IMG/VR virus record: IMGVR_UViG_3300033487_000005
Location: 1 to 60,514 of that record
Source: a virus
Taxonomy: Duplodnaviria > Caudoviricetes
Length of the DNA stretch: 60,514 nucleotides
Strand: one strand, 5' to 3'
Shown piece after piece: positions 46,438 through 56,782 of this stretch (positions are counted from its first letter, which is position 1; the number at the start of each line of letters is the position of its first letter). The translations under genes were made by a program, and so were the position numbers. Below the pieces are notes generated by a model. The model saw only the letters and a program-made list of their open reading frames with translations, had not been told where the DNA came from and searched no databases.

Positions 46438-46890
46438 GTGGCCAGGTACTGCACTGCCGCTGAGTTGGCGGTATTCGGCGTGCGGTCAGAGGCGCTGCGC
46501 TCAATCTCCGAGGACGATCAGAACTCGGCCATCGACGCCGCCAGTGACGAGATCGACGGCTATCTGGGGGCTCGCTACGTGCTGCCTCTGACGGCATGGG
46601 AGAGCGACCTGCGCAAGCAGTGCGCCCGCCTGGCTGTCTACCAGCTCATGGTGGTCCGCGGCTTCAACAGCTCGAGGACTGCCGACGAGCAGCTGGTCAT
46701 CCAGCAGGAGCAGGCCATTGCGTGGCTTCGTGGCGTGAGCAACGGCAGCATCGTCCCGCGCGTGACCGACTCGTCTGCCGGGCCTTCCCCCGGCAAGGTG
46801 TCGGGCGGGGTCATGGTGTCGAGTTACGCCAGCCGGGGCTACACGCAGCCCGATGGCTACAACGTGCCGTTCTCGGGAAGGCGCACCTGA
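46438..46890 (+). CDS. Head-tail adaptor (Mu gp36/DUF1320-like)
   Basis: YCT..EL, DAASDEIDGYLGARY.LPL, AIAWL..V..G. Confidence 0.85.
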   Translation: MARYCTAAELAVFGVRSEALRSISEDDQNSAIDAASDEIDGYLGARYVLPLTAWESDLRKQCARLAVYQLMVVRGFNSSRTADEQLVIQQEQAIAWLRGVSNGSIVPRVTDSSAGPSPGKVSGGVMVSSYASRGYTQPDGYNVPFSGRRT

Positions 46891-47372
46891 TGCCCGTCAC
46901 GGTCGACAAGGCAGCGCTCGAGCAGGCAGTCCGCACGCTCAAGCAGATGGCGTCCAAGGAGCGTTGGATCGGCGAGCTGGCCATGCGGGCATCGGCCGGC
47001 GGTGTGAAGCTGGTGGCGGACGAATACCGAGCTTCGACAGACCCATACGGCAAGCCGTGGGCGCCACTCAAGCACTGGCGCACGCGAGACAAGCGTGCCG
47101 CCAGGAAGCGCGCGCGCCAAGGAAAACCGATGCGCGGCCCGAAGGTGCTGATCGACAAGGGCATCATGAAGGGCAGCACCGGCGCCTCGCCTTCCGGGAA
47201 GGTGGCCAAGGTTGTGGTGCCAACCTGGTACGCGCGGTTCCACCAAGAGGGAACTCGCAAGATGGCCCAGCGGATGATCCTCCCGCTCAACGAGAAGCTA
47301 CCTCAGTCGTGGGACACGATGATCGGGCGTGAGGCGAGAACCTTCCTAGCCCAGCGATTCGGGGTGAAGTGA
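46890..47372 (+). CDS. Virion morphogenesis/neck protein (Mu G-like)
   Basis: DPYGKPWAPL, L.DKG, YARFHQEG, R.ILP. Confidence 0.85.
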   Translation: MPVTVDKAALEQAVRTLKQMASKERWIGELAMRASAGGVKLVADEYRASTDPYGKPWAPLKHWRTRDKRAARKRARQGKPMRGPKVLIDKGIMKGSTGASPSGKVAKVVVPTWYARFHQEGTRKMAQRMILPLNEKLPQSWDTMIGREARTFLAQRFGVK

Positions 47373-47923
47373 TGGCCGTCCTGAAGGCACAGGCCAATAT
47401 CGGCGACTTCCTGACGCTCGTCTTCGCCGAGTTCCTGACGCTCGTTGGAAGCCAGACTCGTCAACCAGTCAAGATCTTCGGCCCGAAGGACTCCGACGCC
47501 AACATGGCGCCCCCCGGTGTCTGGTGGGCCCCCGGTGATGAGTCGTGGTCGCCACCGCAGCGCCAGGGCATGCCGAACAAGCCTGGCTCGCTGTGGGTGC
47601 GAGAAATCCCGCTCACCGTGCTGGTGTTCGGCGGCGAGAACGACCCGACCGGTGAGGCGACGTCACCCGTGAGCACATGCCTGCGGGACGCTGACGTCAC
47701 CGAGTGGCTGGTCGAGAGGCTCGTGAACGCCTTCCACCGCATCGGCTCACAGCACAGCTACCAGATCGGTGGCATGTCGTGGGGCGAGGGCGCGCGCTCT
47801 GGCATCGGTCTGGCCTGCGAGCTTGACGTGACGCTAAGGCTTCCCCTGGTGCGCATTGATAATCCTACTGTGACCGTCGAAGGAATCGCAACAACTGTGG
47901 AGATCGACACGGATGGCGACTGA
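47369..47923 (+). CDS. Putative tail terminator/completion protein
   Basis: Position before sheath. Confidence 0.5.
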   Translation: MMAVLKAQANIGDFLTLVFAEFLTLVGSQTRQPVKIFGPKDSDANMAPPGVWWAPGDESWSPPQRQGMPNKPGSLWVREIPLTVLVFGGENDPTGEATSPVSTCLRDADVTEWLVERLVNAFHRIGSQHSYQIGGMSWGEGARSGIGLACELDVTLRLPLVRIDNPTVTVEGIATTVEIDTDGD

Positions 47924-48167
47924 CGAGACCCAGGAAGCCGAGGAGGCCCAGGAAGCGAAGACTTCCAGGGCCATCGACCTTGCCCGTCGCGCCGGCATGT
48001 TCCCGGCGATCGTTGCCGGGCCGCGCGCGCGCCCAGCGACCGAGAACCCGAAGGCTTGGTTGTACCGAGCCGCGAAGCTGCGTTTCGGCTTCGGCGACGA
48101 AGACCAGATGACGGATACCGAGTTTTCCGCGCGGATTGCTGCCATCAGCACCGTGCTTGTCCGATAG
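47913..48167 (+). CDS. Small hypothetical protein
   Basis: GGAG RBS; fills gap. Confidence 0.55.
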   Translation: MATDETQEAEEAQEAKTSRAIDLARRAGMFPAIVAGPRARPATENPKAWLYRAAKLRFGFGDEDQMTDTEFSARIAAISTVLVR

Positions 48168-48176
48168 GAGACGCCC

Positions 48177-49853
48177 ATGAGCATTCCACGCGTAATCATG
48201 AACTTCAAGGACGGCGGCCTCGGCATCATCCCGCCGGGCCCCGGTGGCGCGCAAGCCAAGGTCGGCGTTTCGCTGGCCGGAACGGTGAACACCATCTACC
48301 CGATCTCGAGCGGAAACGTGGCGGTCAGCAGCCTTGGCGGAGGCCCGCTCTGCGAAGCCGCGGCCGGTGTATGCGACGTCGCCGGAACGACCATCTACGC
48401 GGTCCCGTGCTCAATCGTGACGGCCGGTAGCGTGACCGCTACCTTCACCCAGACTGGCAGCGGCGCCTGCGTGGTGTCGGCGACCACCGGGCCCCATGTC
48501 GAGGTGATCGTCAAGTGCTCGACCGCTGGCACCGTGGGAACTGCCGCTTTCAAGTTCTCGGTCAACGGCTCTGTCTACAGCGCTCCGGTGGTCTCGGTGG
48601 GAACGACTTGGGTCTATCGCGTTCCTGGAACGTTCGTTGTGCTGACGTTCTCTCCAGGAACCTACGTGCTCGATTCGACCTACACGATCGCTACGACCGG
48701 CGTCATCACCCGCGGCGGAAGCGCGATCGACACCGTGACGGCGTCCTGCTCTCCGGTGGACGCGTACCGCGTGCAGGTCACGATCACGCTGGCTGGCGCC
48801 CGCGGTACGTCGCAGTTCACCTACTCGCTTGATGACGGAGCCGTTGTCAGCCCGTCGATCGTCACGTCCGCGACCTACGTCATCCCGGGGACCGGCATCG
48901 TGCTCGCGTTCACCGACGCGGCGGCCGTGCTCGATGACGTCTACGATGGCGTGGCGGTCCCACCGGCGACCGACAACACCGCGATCGGGCTGGCCATCGA
49001 CGCCCTCACGGCGAGCGCGTTCACATTCGAGTGCATCCACGTGGTTGGCGCGCCGACGAGCGCGGCCAACACCGCCACGCTGTGCACCGCCGTCGACGCC
49101 AAGATGACGACGGCCGAGGCCAACAAGCGCTACATTGCCGGCATCATCGAGTGCCCAGAGAGTGAGAGCGACGCCACGATCGCGGCTGCGCTACTGTCCT
49201 TCGCCAGCGCTCACGGACGCATCTGGGTCGCGTGCGGCGATGCCGACGTGGTATCAACCGTCACTGGCCTGACCATGCGTCGCAACGGAGCCTGGGTGCT
49301 GTCCGCGCGCCTCGCCGGCTCGAAGCTGTCCGAGAGTCCTGGCAAGGTCCTGCTTGGCCCGCTCCGCAACGTGGCGGCCCTCGATCGCAACGAGGAGTCG
49401 ACGCCCGGTCTATCGGATGCACGCTTTGTCACCCTGCGGACGCTCATCGGGAAGGCTGGCTACTACATCACCGACGGGCCCACGATGGCCAACGTATCAT
49501 CCGACTACGGCACGATCATGAACGTGCGGGTAGTCGACCGCGCGGCGCAAATCGCGAACGCGGCCTACACCGACTACCTCAACTCCGACGTCCGCATCGA
49601 CGCGACGACGGGCTACATCGACGAGCGCGACGCTCTGACGATGGACAACAACGTGACGGCGCAGCTGCAGGCTGCCCTGCAGGGAAGCCCGGGAAGCTCG
49701 ACCGACGAGTGTTCACGCGTTTCAGCGCGCATGAGCCGCACCGACAACCTGTTGTCGTCGCCCATCGCGACCGCAGTTGTGTCGATCGTCCCCAAGGGAT
49801 ACCTGCGGACCATCAGCGTCGACATCGGTTTCGTCAACCCCGTGCTTGGGTAA
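48177..49853 (+). CDS. Tail sheath protein (DUF2586-like)
   Basis: DGGLG start, SPGKV..GPL, L.DARFVTLRT..G..GYYIT, RVVD.A. Confidence 0.88.
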   Translation: MSIPRVIMNFKDGGLGIIPPGPGGAQAKVGVSLAGTVNTIYPISSGNVAVSSLGGGPLCEAAAGVCDVAGTTIYAVPCSIVTAGSVTATFTQTGSGACVVSATTGPHVEVIVKCSTAGTVGTAAFKFSVNGSVYSAPVVSVGTTWVYRVPGTFVVLTFSPGTYVLDSTYTIATTGVITRGGSAIDTVTASCSPVDAYRVQVTITLAGARGTSQFTYSLDDGAVVSPSIVTSATYVIPGTGIVLAFTDAAAVLDDVYDGVAVPPATDNTAIGLAIDALTASAFTFECIHVVGAPTSAANTATLCTAVDAKMTTAEANKRYIAGIIECPESESDATIAAALLSFASAHGRIWVACGDADVVSTVTGLTMRRNGAWVLSARLAGSKLSESPGKVLLGPLRNVAALDRNEESTPGLSDARFVTLRTLIGKAGYYITDGPTMANVSSDYGTIMNVRVVDRAAQIANAAYTDYLNSDVRIDATTGYIDERDALTMDNNVTAQLQAALQGSPGSSTDECSRVSARMSRTDNLLSSPIATAVVSIVPKGYLRTISVDIGFVNPVLG

Positions 49854-49865
49854 TAGGAGATCACC

Positions 49866-50360
49866 ATGAGCCAACCAGGATACCCGGTCATTAACGGCTT
49901 CGTGCCGAGCTATGCGTCCGTCGAGGTGAACCTTGGAGGCGCAACCGGTGGCACGAACCTGCCCGGGGTGAAGTCGATCAACTACAAGGAAGCGCTGGCA
50001 ATGTCGCGCGTCTATGGTAACTCGGTGAACCCGCAGGGCCGCACGAGGGGCCAGCTCACGGCGTCAGGTTCGATCGAGTTCTGGCGCGATCAGTGGGATG
50101 CCATCATCGTCATCCTGAGTGGGACCGGAGCATGGGGTTTCGCAGAGAAGCAGTGGACCGTCAGCGTGAGCTACGCCGAGACTCCGCTCACCACGGCGTG
50201 TGACGTTCTGATCGGCGTGCGCTTCCATTCGCCCGACACCTCACCCACCGAGGGGACGGAGGCCCTGACGGTCAAGTGCGAGCTCGACATCATGCAGGTC
50301 AAGTGGAATGGCATCGGACAGCTAAGCAACCTCAAGAGCTTCAGCGCCGTTGCCCCGTAA
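49866..50360 (+). CDS. Tail tube protein
   Basis: ING....ASVE, KSINY, P.GRTRG; follows sheath. Confidence 0.85.
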   Translation: MSQPGYPVINGFVPSYASVEVNLGGATGGTNLPGVKSINYKEALAMSRVYGNSVNPQGRTRGQLTASGSIEFWRDQWDAIIVILSGTGAWGFAEKQWTVSVSYAETPLTTACDVLIGVRFHSPDTSPTEGTEALTVKCELDIMQVKWNGIGQLSNLKSFSAVAP

Positions 50361-50385
50361 CGAACCGTAACACCAAAGGAGAACC

Positions 50386-50739
50386 ATGGACGAGAAGGAG
50401 TTGCAGAAGGAGTTGAAGCAGAAGTTGATGGCCGCCAAGGAAGCGGCCGGCGGTGGTGAGATGCTCGTCGTCGAGACCGACATCGTTGGCGCAGAGGCGA
50501 TCGGATTCCGGGTGCCGAACCTCGCTGAATGGCGGCGCTACCGTGCCGAGACCAGCGACCAGAGCCCTGCCGTCAAGTCCGCCGCTGCCACTCCCCTCGT
50601 GTTCTCCTGCTGCGTCTTCCCGACACGTCCAGAGCTCGAGCGCATCGTCGAGGCCCACCCGGGCATCATCGAGACGTGCATCAACGAGTTGGTCGAGCAC
50701 GCCGGGGTCGCGCGCGCAAAAAAAGTTCACAAGATGTAG
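50386..50739 (+). CDS. Tail assembly chaperone (G)
   Basis: Between tube and tape measure; slippery A7 run near the end. Confidence 0.75.
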   Translation: MDEKELQKELKQKLMAAKEAAGGGEMLVVETDIVGAEAIGFRVPNLAEWRRYRAETSDQSPAVKSAAATPLVFSCCVFPTRPELERIVEAHPGIIETCINELVEHAGVARAKKVHKM

Positions 50740-50933
50740 CCGGGTGGCAATCCACCCAGAAGGATCTGGTTGAAATGGCCGAAAGCCTGATCGCATTCGT
50801 GGATGGCGACCGAGGCGATGTAGGCCGCACCGGAGCCATGCTGTTGGCTGAAGGGCTGGCCAATTTGCGGGTCTGCAGCGAGTTTGCCCAGGGGTACGCC
50901 AAAGCGCTGAGCAAGCGCGGGAAGCGCGGCTGA
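50386..50933 (+). CDS. Tail assembly chaperone GT via -1 programmed frameshift at 50718-50724
   Basis: A AAA AAA heptamer; -1 frame open to 50933 and abuts the tape-measure start. Confidence 0.75.
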
Positions 50934-52708
50934 TGGCCGGCGGTGGCGGCAAGGGCATCGAATGGATGATTGAGCTGGACGCCCGCACTCAGGGCGCCAC
51001 CTCGGTCATTGATGCCCTAGGAAAGACTCGGTCGTCCGCTGATCTTGCCGGCGCCGCCATCGACCGCGCACTCTCCAAGATGGAGAAGCTGCCCAAGACC
51101 ATGGCTGGAGACGCTGGGTGGTCAAAGGGTATCGGGAACCTGAAGCAGCTCACCCGAGGGGCGCAGCTTACCGATCGTGAGTTCGGCGCCGTCCGCCTGC
51201 GCACGCAAGCGCTTGGCGCAGAGTTGGAGCACCTGGGGACATCTGGCGGGCAGAAGGTCGGCGGGCTCTGGCAGGAGGTTTTCAAGGGCGCGGCAGCGTG
51301 GGACATCGTCAAGTGGGGGGCGGCGCAAGCGCTCAACGTGATCGAGAAAGTCGGCAGCACCATGTGGGGAGCTGTCAAGATCGCTGCTGGTAGCGAGCGC
51401 ACGGGGCGCGTGTTTGCCAACATGCTGGGGGAGCGCGAGGGGAAGGATACGCTGGAGTTTCTTCAGAAGTTCTCCGATCTGAGCGAGTTCACCGACGACG
51501 CGCTCAAGGGCATGAGCGTCGAGCTACTACGAGCAGGGCTACGAGGCGGAGACTTCCGCAATGCGCTTGGCGCTGCCATCGACGTTGCGGCCGAGGCGCC
51601 AGACAAGATGGAGGGATTCCAAGAGGCCGTCAGCTCGCTATCGCGAATCGCCCTCACTGGGAAGGTGGACTTCCGCACGCTCCGAGGTCTTCGACTCGAC
51701 CCGCACGAGGTGGCAAAGCAGCTATCCGACGATCTCCGTCTCACCCCTGACGTGGTCAAGAAGAAGCTCCAGGACGGGACGCTCAAGGGCGCCGACGCCA
51801 TGGACTCGATCTTGACCGTCATCGAGCGCAAGACCGGCCACCAGCTCGGCGGCCTCGGCGAATCGATGGCCGACACCATGACGGCCCGCCTGGACAAGCT
51901 TCAGGATATCCCTGACGAGATGTTCAAGGGACTCAAGCATTCGCAGGGATTCCAGGACATCAGCGACACGATCTCAAGACTGACCAACCTGTTCAGCCCG
52001 GAGAGTGAGACTGGACAGCGAATCCAAGGAGCGCTCGTCAAGGCCCTCGATGTCGTCGGAGAAAAGGTCAAGTCCATCGACTGGGAGCGAGTCGCCGGGT
52101 TCGTGGCAACTGTGGCCGAGTCGTTCAAGGACTGGGTCGAGCCGTTGAGCAAGGTGGCCGAGCTGCTCGGATACTTGGTCAAGTCGCTCGCAGGGTTGAT
52201 GGCTCTTCCTACCCTCGGGAAGGACATCGGCGACTGGTTCGCGCGCAAGCTCAACCCGGAGATCGGCCAGACCGGTGCAGCTGCGCAGGACCTGATCGAC
52301 GAGATGGGATCGGCCAACGAACGAGCCTGGAAGCAAGCTGGTGCTGACGTCGCCTTCGCAGAGCAGGCAGGATACCGCGAAGCCAACGACCAGCACTCTC
52401 CGTCGCGGGTGTGGCTGCGCATGGGGCAGGACACCGTCGCCGGGCTCGCCCAAGGATTCGACACCGCGGCGCCGATGGCTCAGGCCGCCGCTGCCGGCGT
52501 TGTCTCTCCCCCGTCGGTCTCCGACATGAGTGGAGCCATCGCCCCATCGAGCACCTTCCAGGCAGGCGGCATCACCGTGAGCGTGGCCATAAACGTCGGT
52601 GGCTCGTCGTCATCCGCCGAGGACATCGCGCGCGAGGTGGAGCGGGTTGCCCCTACAGCCATCATGGAAGCGCTCGAACAGTTCAACGTTTCGCAGGGGT
52701 TTGCGTAA
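50933..52708 (+). CDS. Tape measure protein
   Basis: Helical Ala/Gly-rich; HSPSRV...G.....GL..G motif. Confidence 0.88.
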   Translation: MAGGGGKGIEWMIELDARTQGATSVIDALGKTRSSADLAGAAIDRALSKMEKLPKTMAGDAGWSKGIGNLKQLTRGAQLTDREFGAVRLRTQALGAELEHLGTSGGQKVGGLWQEVFKGAAAWDIVKWGAAQALNVIEKVGSTMWGAVKIAAGSERTGRVFANMLGEREGKDTLEFLQKFSDLSEFTDDALKGMSVELLRAGLRGGDFRNALGAAIDVAAEAPDKMEGFQEAVSSLSRIALTGKVDFRTLRGLRLDPHEVAKQLSDDLRLTPDVVKKKLQDGTLKGADAMDSILTVIERKTGHQLGGLGESMADTMTARLDKLQDIPDEMFKGLKHSQGFQDISDTISRLTNLFSPESETGQRIQGALVKALDVVGEKVKSIDWERVAGFVATVAESFKDWVEPLSKVAELLGYLVKSLAGLMALPTLGKDIGDWFARKLNPEIGQTGAAAQDLIDEMGSANERAWKQAGADVAFAEQAGYREANDQHSPSRVWLRMGQDTVAGLAQGFDTAAPMAQAAAAGVVSPPSVSDMSGAIAPSSTFQAGGITVSVAINVGGSSSSAEDIAREVERVAPTAIMEALEQFNVSQGFA

Positions 52709-53454
52709 TGGCAACCAAGGGCGGAAAGACTACGCGGCTTGCGGAAATCGCGGTTGACAACGAGAAGTATGGTGCCGCCGCGACGGGGAACCAGTTTCAA
52801 CTATTCTGGGACGATCCGCTGTTTGACAACGAAACAGGCGAGCCGATCGGCATCACCGGTAGCATGTGCGGAGCCAACGCCTGGGATAGGGTGATGCTCA
52901 ACGGGACCTACCTGCCAGGAATCTGGGACGCGACTGCAACGCCTGCCATACAGCTCGACGTCCAGAAGCCTCAGGGATTCGACGGCGCGGCCCTCGTGTC
53001 ACGCGGCTACGTCCCTGCTGGAATCACGCTGACGGGGCAGCTCTGGACGCCTAAGCAGTGGTCCCAATGGCAACGAATATTGCCGACGTTCTGGGCGGTA
53101 CCGCATCACTACGCGGTCAACGATTCAAAACGCCAGCGTGGGCAGATACAGGGAGAGCAGAAGGCCGTTAAGGTAGATCATCCTGGACTCGCGGCGATGA
53201 ACATCCACGAATTGGTCATCCGCCAGATCACCCCTCCCGAGGCCACCGGCCAAAAGGGCATCCGCCAGATCAAGATCATGGCTGTCCAGTACGTGCCTCA
53301 GCCGCAGAAGCAAAAGCCGGCGACAAAGAAGACGAGCGGGACCGGCGCAGATCGCACCGTGCAGGCCGAGAAGATCTTGGGCAAGAAACGCCCAGGGAAC
53401 GCGCCGAAGCCACCGTCGACGTCTGACGTTGGGCCAATCCACAAGGACCTATGA
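52708..53454 (+). CDS. Tail tube initiator / baseplate-proximal protein
   Basis: Position; D.QKP.G.DGA, HP.LAAMNI. Confidence 0.6.
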   Translation: MATKGGKTTRLAEIAVDNEKYGAAATGNQFQLFWDDPLFDNETGEPIGITGSMCGANAWDRVMLNGTYLPGIWDATATPAIQLDVQKPQGFDGAALVSRGYVPAGITLTGQLWTPKQWSQWQRILPTFWAVPHHYAVNDSKRQRGQIQGEQKAVKVDHPGLAAMNIHELVIRQITPPEATGQKGIRQIKIMAVQYVPQPQKQKPATKKTSGTGADRTVQAEKILGKKRPGNAPKPPSTSDVGPIHKDL

Positions 53455-54119
53455 TCACAGCGACGATCGCGGGACAGCAACGAACGGCAGCGCGGGCCAG
53501 CCTGATGCTCCCTCGCAGCGGCGCATGGACGGGAACCCTCGTGCTCGACCAGGACACCATCCCGCGCGGGGCAATCACGGTCACGCTCTCCGGGGTCGAC
53601 ATGCCGGCGTGGATTCAGCGTTGCGAGCTGGTCAAGGGCATGCTGGCCATGAGGGTCGTGGGTGGAGCGGGGGGGCTCGGCCATGTAGCCACGCCGAAGC
53701 ACTACCGGAACCCGACGGTACGCCACGTGCTGAACGACTTGGTGGCCGGCGCAGGTGAGAGCCTGAGCGCGGCCTGCACGGCCTCGGTGCTCGATCTCCC
53801 ATTGGGCTATTGGACGACGCTCGGCTTGACCAACGGAGTTCTCCTTGATGCGCTCATCGAGGTTGCTGGCGGTGGATGCGTCTGGCGCGTGCTTCACGAT
53901 GGCGCGGTCTTCCTCGGCACCGAGACGTGGCCAATGTGCCCAGCCGAAGTGCGGGTGATGGACCAGGACGCCGGGAACGCGTCACAGGTGCTGGGCACCG
54001 ACTCGCTCGGCATCTGGCCCGGCACCACGATCGCGGGTCGCAGGGTCGATGTTGTCGTGCACGAGTTCGACGGCGCCACTCCGCGGTCAAGGGTCTGGTG
54101 GGCGGAGGAGCACGCATGA
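53451..54119 (+). CDS. Baseplate hub-like protein
   Basis: PRSGAW, VGGAGGL, WRV..DG....G.ETWP. Confidence 0.6.
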   Translation: MITATIAGQQRTAARASLMLPRSGAWTGTLVLDQDTIPRGAITVTLSGVDMPAWIQRCELVKGMLAMRVVGGAGGLGHVATPKHYRNPTVRHVLNDLVAGAGESLSAACTASVLDLPLGYWTTLGLTNGVLLDALIEVAGGGCVWRVLHDGAVFLGTETWPMCPAEVRVMDQDAGNASQVLGTDSLGIWPGTTIAGRRVDVVVHEFDGATPRSRVWWAEEHA

Positions 54120-54619
54120 GCCGACTACGCGACGCATTCCGAGCCTCCCAGGGGGCCGACCCAATGCTTCGCTACGGGTGCATCTACCGCGCGAAGGTGA
54201 CGGGCCAGTCCAGCGACCTGCAGCGCGTGAGCGTGCGCCCATTCGACGAGAGCCTGCCGAGCATGGCCGATATCCCGCTTCGCCACGGAGTGCCCGGCAT
54301 CAAGGTGCAGGTGGCGCCAGGATGCACGGTACAGATCGGGTGGGACGATCGCCGTCCCGACCGTCCCTTCGCTGCCCTGTGGTCGGCAGAGGCGTCCGCG
54401 CTGCGGGTGATCATCTCCTGCCCTTCCATCGAGCTCGGGATGGAGAACGCCACCGAGTTCGTGGCCAAGGGGACAAGCCAGACGGCCCAGCTCGTGGCGG
54501 CGTTCACTACCATCGCAACGGCGCTCACCAGCCTGGGGCAGGTCCCGGCTGCGCTGTCATTGACCGCCACCGCGGCACAGCTTCCCATGCTGCTATCGAC
54601 CAAGGTGCGCGTGGGCTAG
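54116..54619 (+). CDS. Baseplate spike (gpV-like OB fold)
   Basis: YRAKV..Q, V.P.D, PLRHGVPG..V....G..V..GW..P..P. Confidence 0.7.
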   Translation: MSRLRDAFRASQGADPMLRYGCIYRAKVTGQSSDLQRVSVRPFDESLPSMADIPLRHGVPGIKVQVAPGCTVQIGWDDRRPDRPFAALWSAEASALRVIISCPSIELGMENATEFVAKGTSQTAQLVAAFTTIATALTSLGQVPAALSLTATAAQLPMLLSTKVRVG

Positions 54620-54635
54620 GGGGTATCCTGGAGCC

Positions 54636-55532
54636 ATGGCAACGACGTCAGACCCTCTCGGCATCGACCTCGCCGTCTCGGGCGACCTCGACCCGAATTT
54701 CCGTCTGTGCCATGGGGCGGAGAACCTGAGCAACGCGCTTTGCCGACGCCTCTCGTGCACGGCCGGGGCTCTGGAGAGCATCGGAGACGATCCTGCCTAC
54801 GGCTACAACCTGCCGGACCAGCTTAACCTCGACACCTCCGACGATTCAGCCCTGGCGATCATCAATGCCAGCGCGCGCAACGAGCTGCTCAAAGATCCAC
54901 GCGTGCAGTCGCTGACCACGCAGGCAATCTCGGTACCGGACTGACCCATGGGGCTCATCCTCAAAATCGCAGGTGAGAGCAGCGAAGGCGACTTCGACTT
55001 CGTGGCGTCGGTCAACGACATGACCGTCGATCGGCTCAAGCAGGGCATGCCTTCCGACGCGCCCGCTACCCAGGGGGAAATCGTCGGGACAACCGTGACG
55101 GTGGTCAGCCAGAGCGGCGCTGGTGGCCCATCTATCCTGTCCGTGTCGGGAGGTGGCGGAGGCGCGCAGACCGTCCAGCCAGACCTTGATGGCCTGTACT
55201 CCAGTGACGTGGCGGCCGAGACGCTGCTCAAGCAGGTGCTGGCCGACTTCTCGGGAATAACCGGCACCACTGCTGCGGTGGCGTTCTCGAGCTACGTGCG
55301 GGCTATGGGAGGGGCGACCGGGACATTCCGCCTGCGCGTCGGCGGGACCGACGGCGTGGCCGACGGGACCCTGGTGGCGACGCTGACGGTGACGTCGACG
55401 AGCTACCAGATGGTCACGGGAACCGGATCCGTAGCGAAGCCGGTAGGGCTCGCGCTGGTGAAGCTCACGGCTCAGACGAGCGTCACTGGACTGGACGCGC
55501 AGATCAAGTCGGCAGTGGCGATCTTCACCTAG
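54636..55532 (+). CDS. Baseplate wedge/sheath initiator (gp25/W-like), interrupted by in-frame TGA at 54942-54944
   Basis: NAL.RRL....G.L...DPAYG, ELLKDPRV; ORFs 54636-54944 and 54948-55532 share one frame. Confidence 0.6.
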
Positions 55533-56230
55533 CCGATACGGTGCAGCCTGAAGTTGCAATCAAGCACGGTGATGTCCGTAGCGTTGGTCGTGTTCATGAC
55601 CTTGGGCCAGACGCGGTCTCCTGCCTTCACCACGATCGGGCCGTTGGCGATCGGCACCGCGGTTGCGCCAGCGATTTCAAGTGTCGACAGGGTGTTGGGC
55701 GCCTCGGCGGTCTCGACGCTGATGATGAATTTGAACAGCTTGGCAGACGGGCTCGCGGTGGCGGAGATACGGAATATCTGATCGTAGATGCCATCAGAAT
55801 ACGGCCCGGCGCGGAGGTGTGCCGGCACCTTCACGGTCCCCGACGACGCCCCGGCACTGCTGGCATACGGCACGTCGTTGCAGAGAAGGTCGGTCGCGTT
55901 GATCCTGGTGACTCGTGTCGGAATGTCGTGCATGGTGCTGTTCATGCTTCCGAGTATGACGAGGTCATCATCTGTCAGCCCGTGGGCGGTGGCGCAGTTG
56001 ACCCGCAGGAGAGGCGAGCCGTCGGCCTCGCTGGCCACGTTGGCGCATAGCCTGCCGGGATCGAATGTCCAGCCGAGCAGCGAGCCAGGCAGAACGTCTC
56101 CGACGGCAGGAGACGTCATCCCATGCCATACGTTAGCGACGGAGATTCCGAAGCTATAGGACTTGTCAGTAGAATAGAACTCCCCTATCCGGGGGCTCAA
56201 GGTCGTTTCGTTCGCTGGATGTTGAGCCAT
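55529..56230 (-). CDS. Beta-rich, virion-protein-like ORF on the opposite strand
   Basis: GGGAGA RBS; TAHGLTDDDLVILG motif; C-terminal GDRVW.KV.N. Confidence 0.65.
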   Translation of the reverse strand: MAQHPANETTLSPRIGEFYSTDKSYSFGISVANVWHGMTSPAVGDVLPGSLLGWTFDPGRLCANVASEADGSPLLRVNCATAHGLTDDDLVILGSMNSTMHDIPTRVTRINATDLLCNDVPYASSAGASSGTVKVPAHLRAGPYSDGIYDQIFRISATASPSAKLFKFIISVETAEAPNTLSTLEIAGATAVPIANGPIVVKAGDRVWPKVMNTTNATDITVLDCNFRLHRIG

Positions 56231-56326
56231 CGCCGTCTCTCCCAGAGGCATTTCCACACTGAGCCTCTACACGCTGCTGTTTCTCAAGGACTACGTGGCG
56301 ATCCTACTCTGATCTGCAGGCAGGCG

Positions 56327-56782
56327 TTATCGGCAGTCTGGAATGCCGTTGACGTCGAGCTCGGCGCCCCTGGTCACGTCGCGGACGCGAGCCATGGCCG
56401 CGTTGGCCTTCGCGCACGCGTGCCGCTGCACGAGCTCGAATCCCCCAAGCGAGAGCCCAATCTTGACGGCGACATCATCGGAAATCCGAGCGTGACGAGC
56501 GGCTACGAGTGAGCACGTCTCTTCGGCCTCTTCTAGCTGGTCCGGCTGGATGAGGATCCTCATCTCCCCGTCGGGCGAGATGTTCAGGCCGAGGTGATGC
56601 CGGCATCGGTAGAACGGGCATGGCTCCGTGGTCCCGAGCCCGCGCGTCTGGCATTCGCCCCAGGTGCACGGCATCTCGTCGACGTCTTCTGCGGTGTAGT
56701 CGATCTCCGGGAGCGGAAGCATGGCGGAGATCGCTGCTTCAAGCCGCCTGACCGCCCGATCGTCGGCGTCCAGCCAAGACAT
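56327..56782 (-). CDS. Myxobacterial-type Cys/His protein with degenerate sigma70 region-4-like C-terminus
   Basis: P.TW.EC.......PCPFYRCRHHL.L.I...G......ETCSL..A; family recalled from memory. Confidence 0.6.
   Translation of the reverse strand: MSWLDADDRAVRRLEAAISAMLPLPEIDYTAEDVDEMPCTWGECQTRGLGTTEPCPFYRCRHHLGLNISPDGEMRILIQPDQLEEAEETCSLVAARHARISDDVAVKIGLSLGGFELVQRHACAKANAAMARVRDVTRGAELDVNGIPDCR

Noticed and set aside
38497-47372. Transposable Mu-like phage
   Set aside because: Head genes are Mu-like, but no DDE transposase, MuB, Mor or Gam was seen; replication uses an initiator and primase-helicase.
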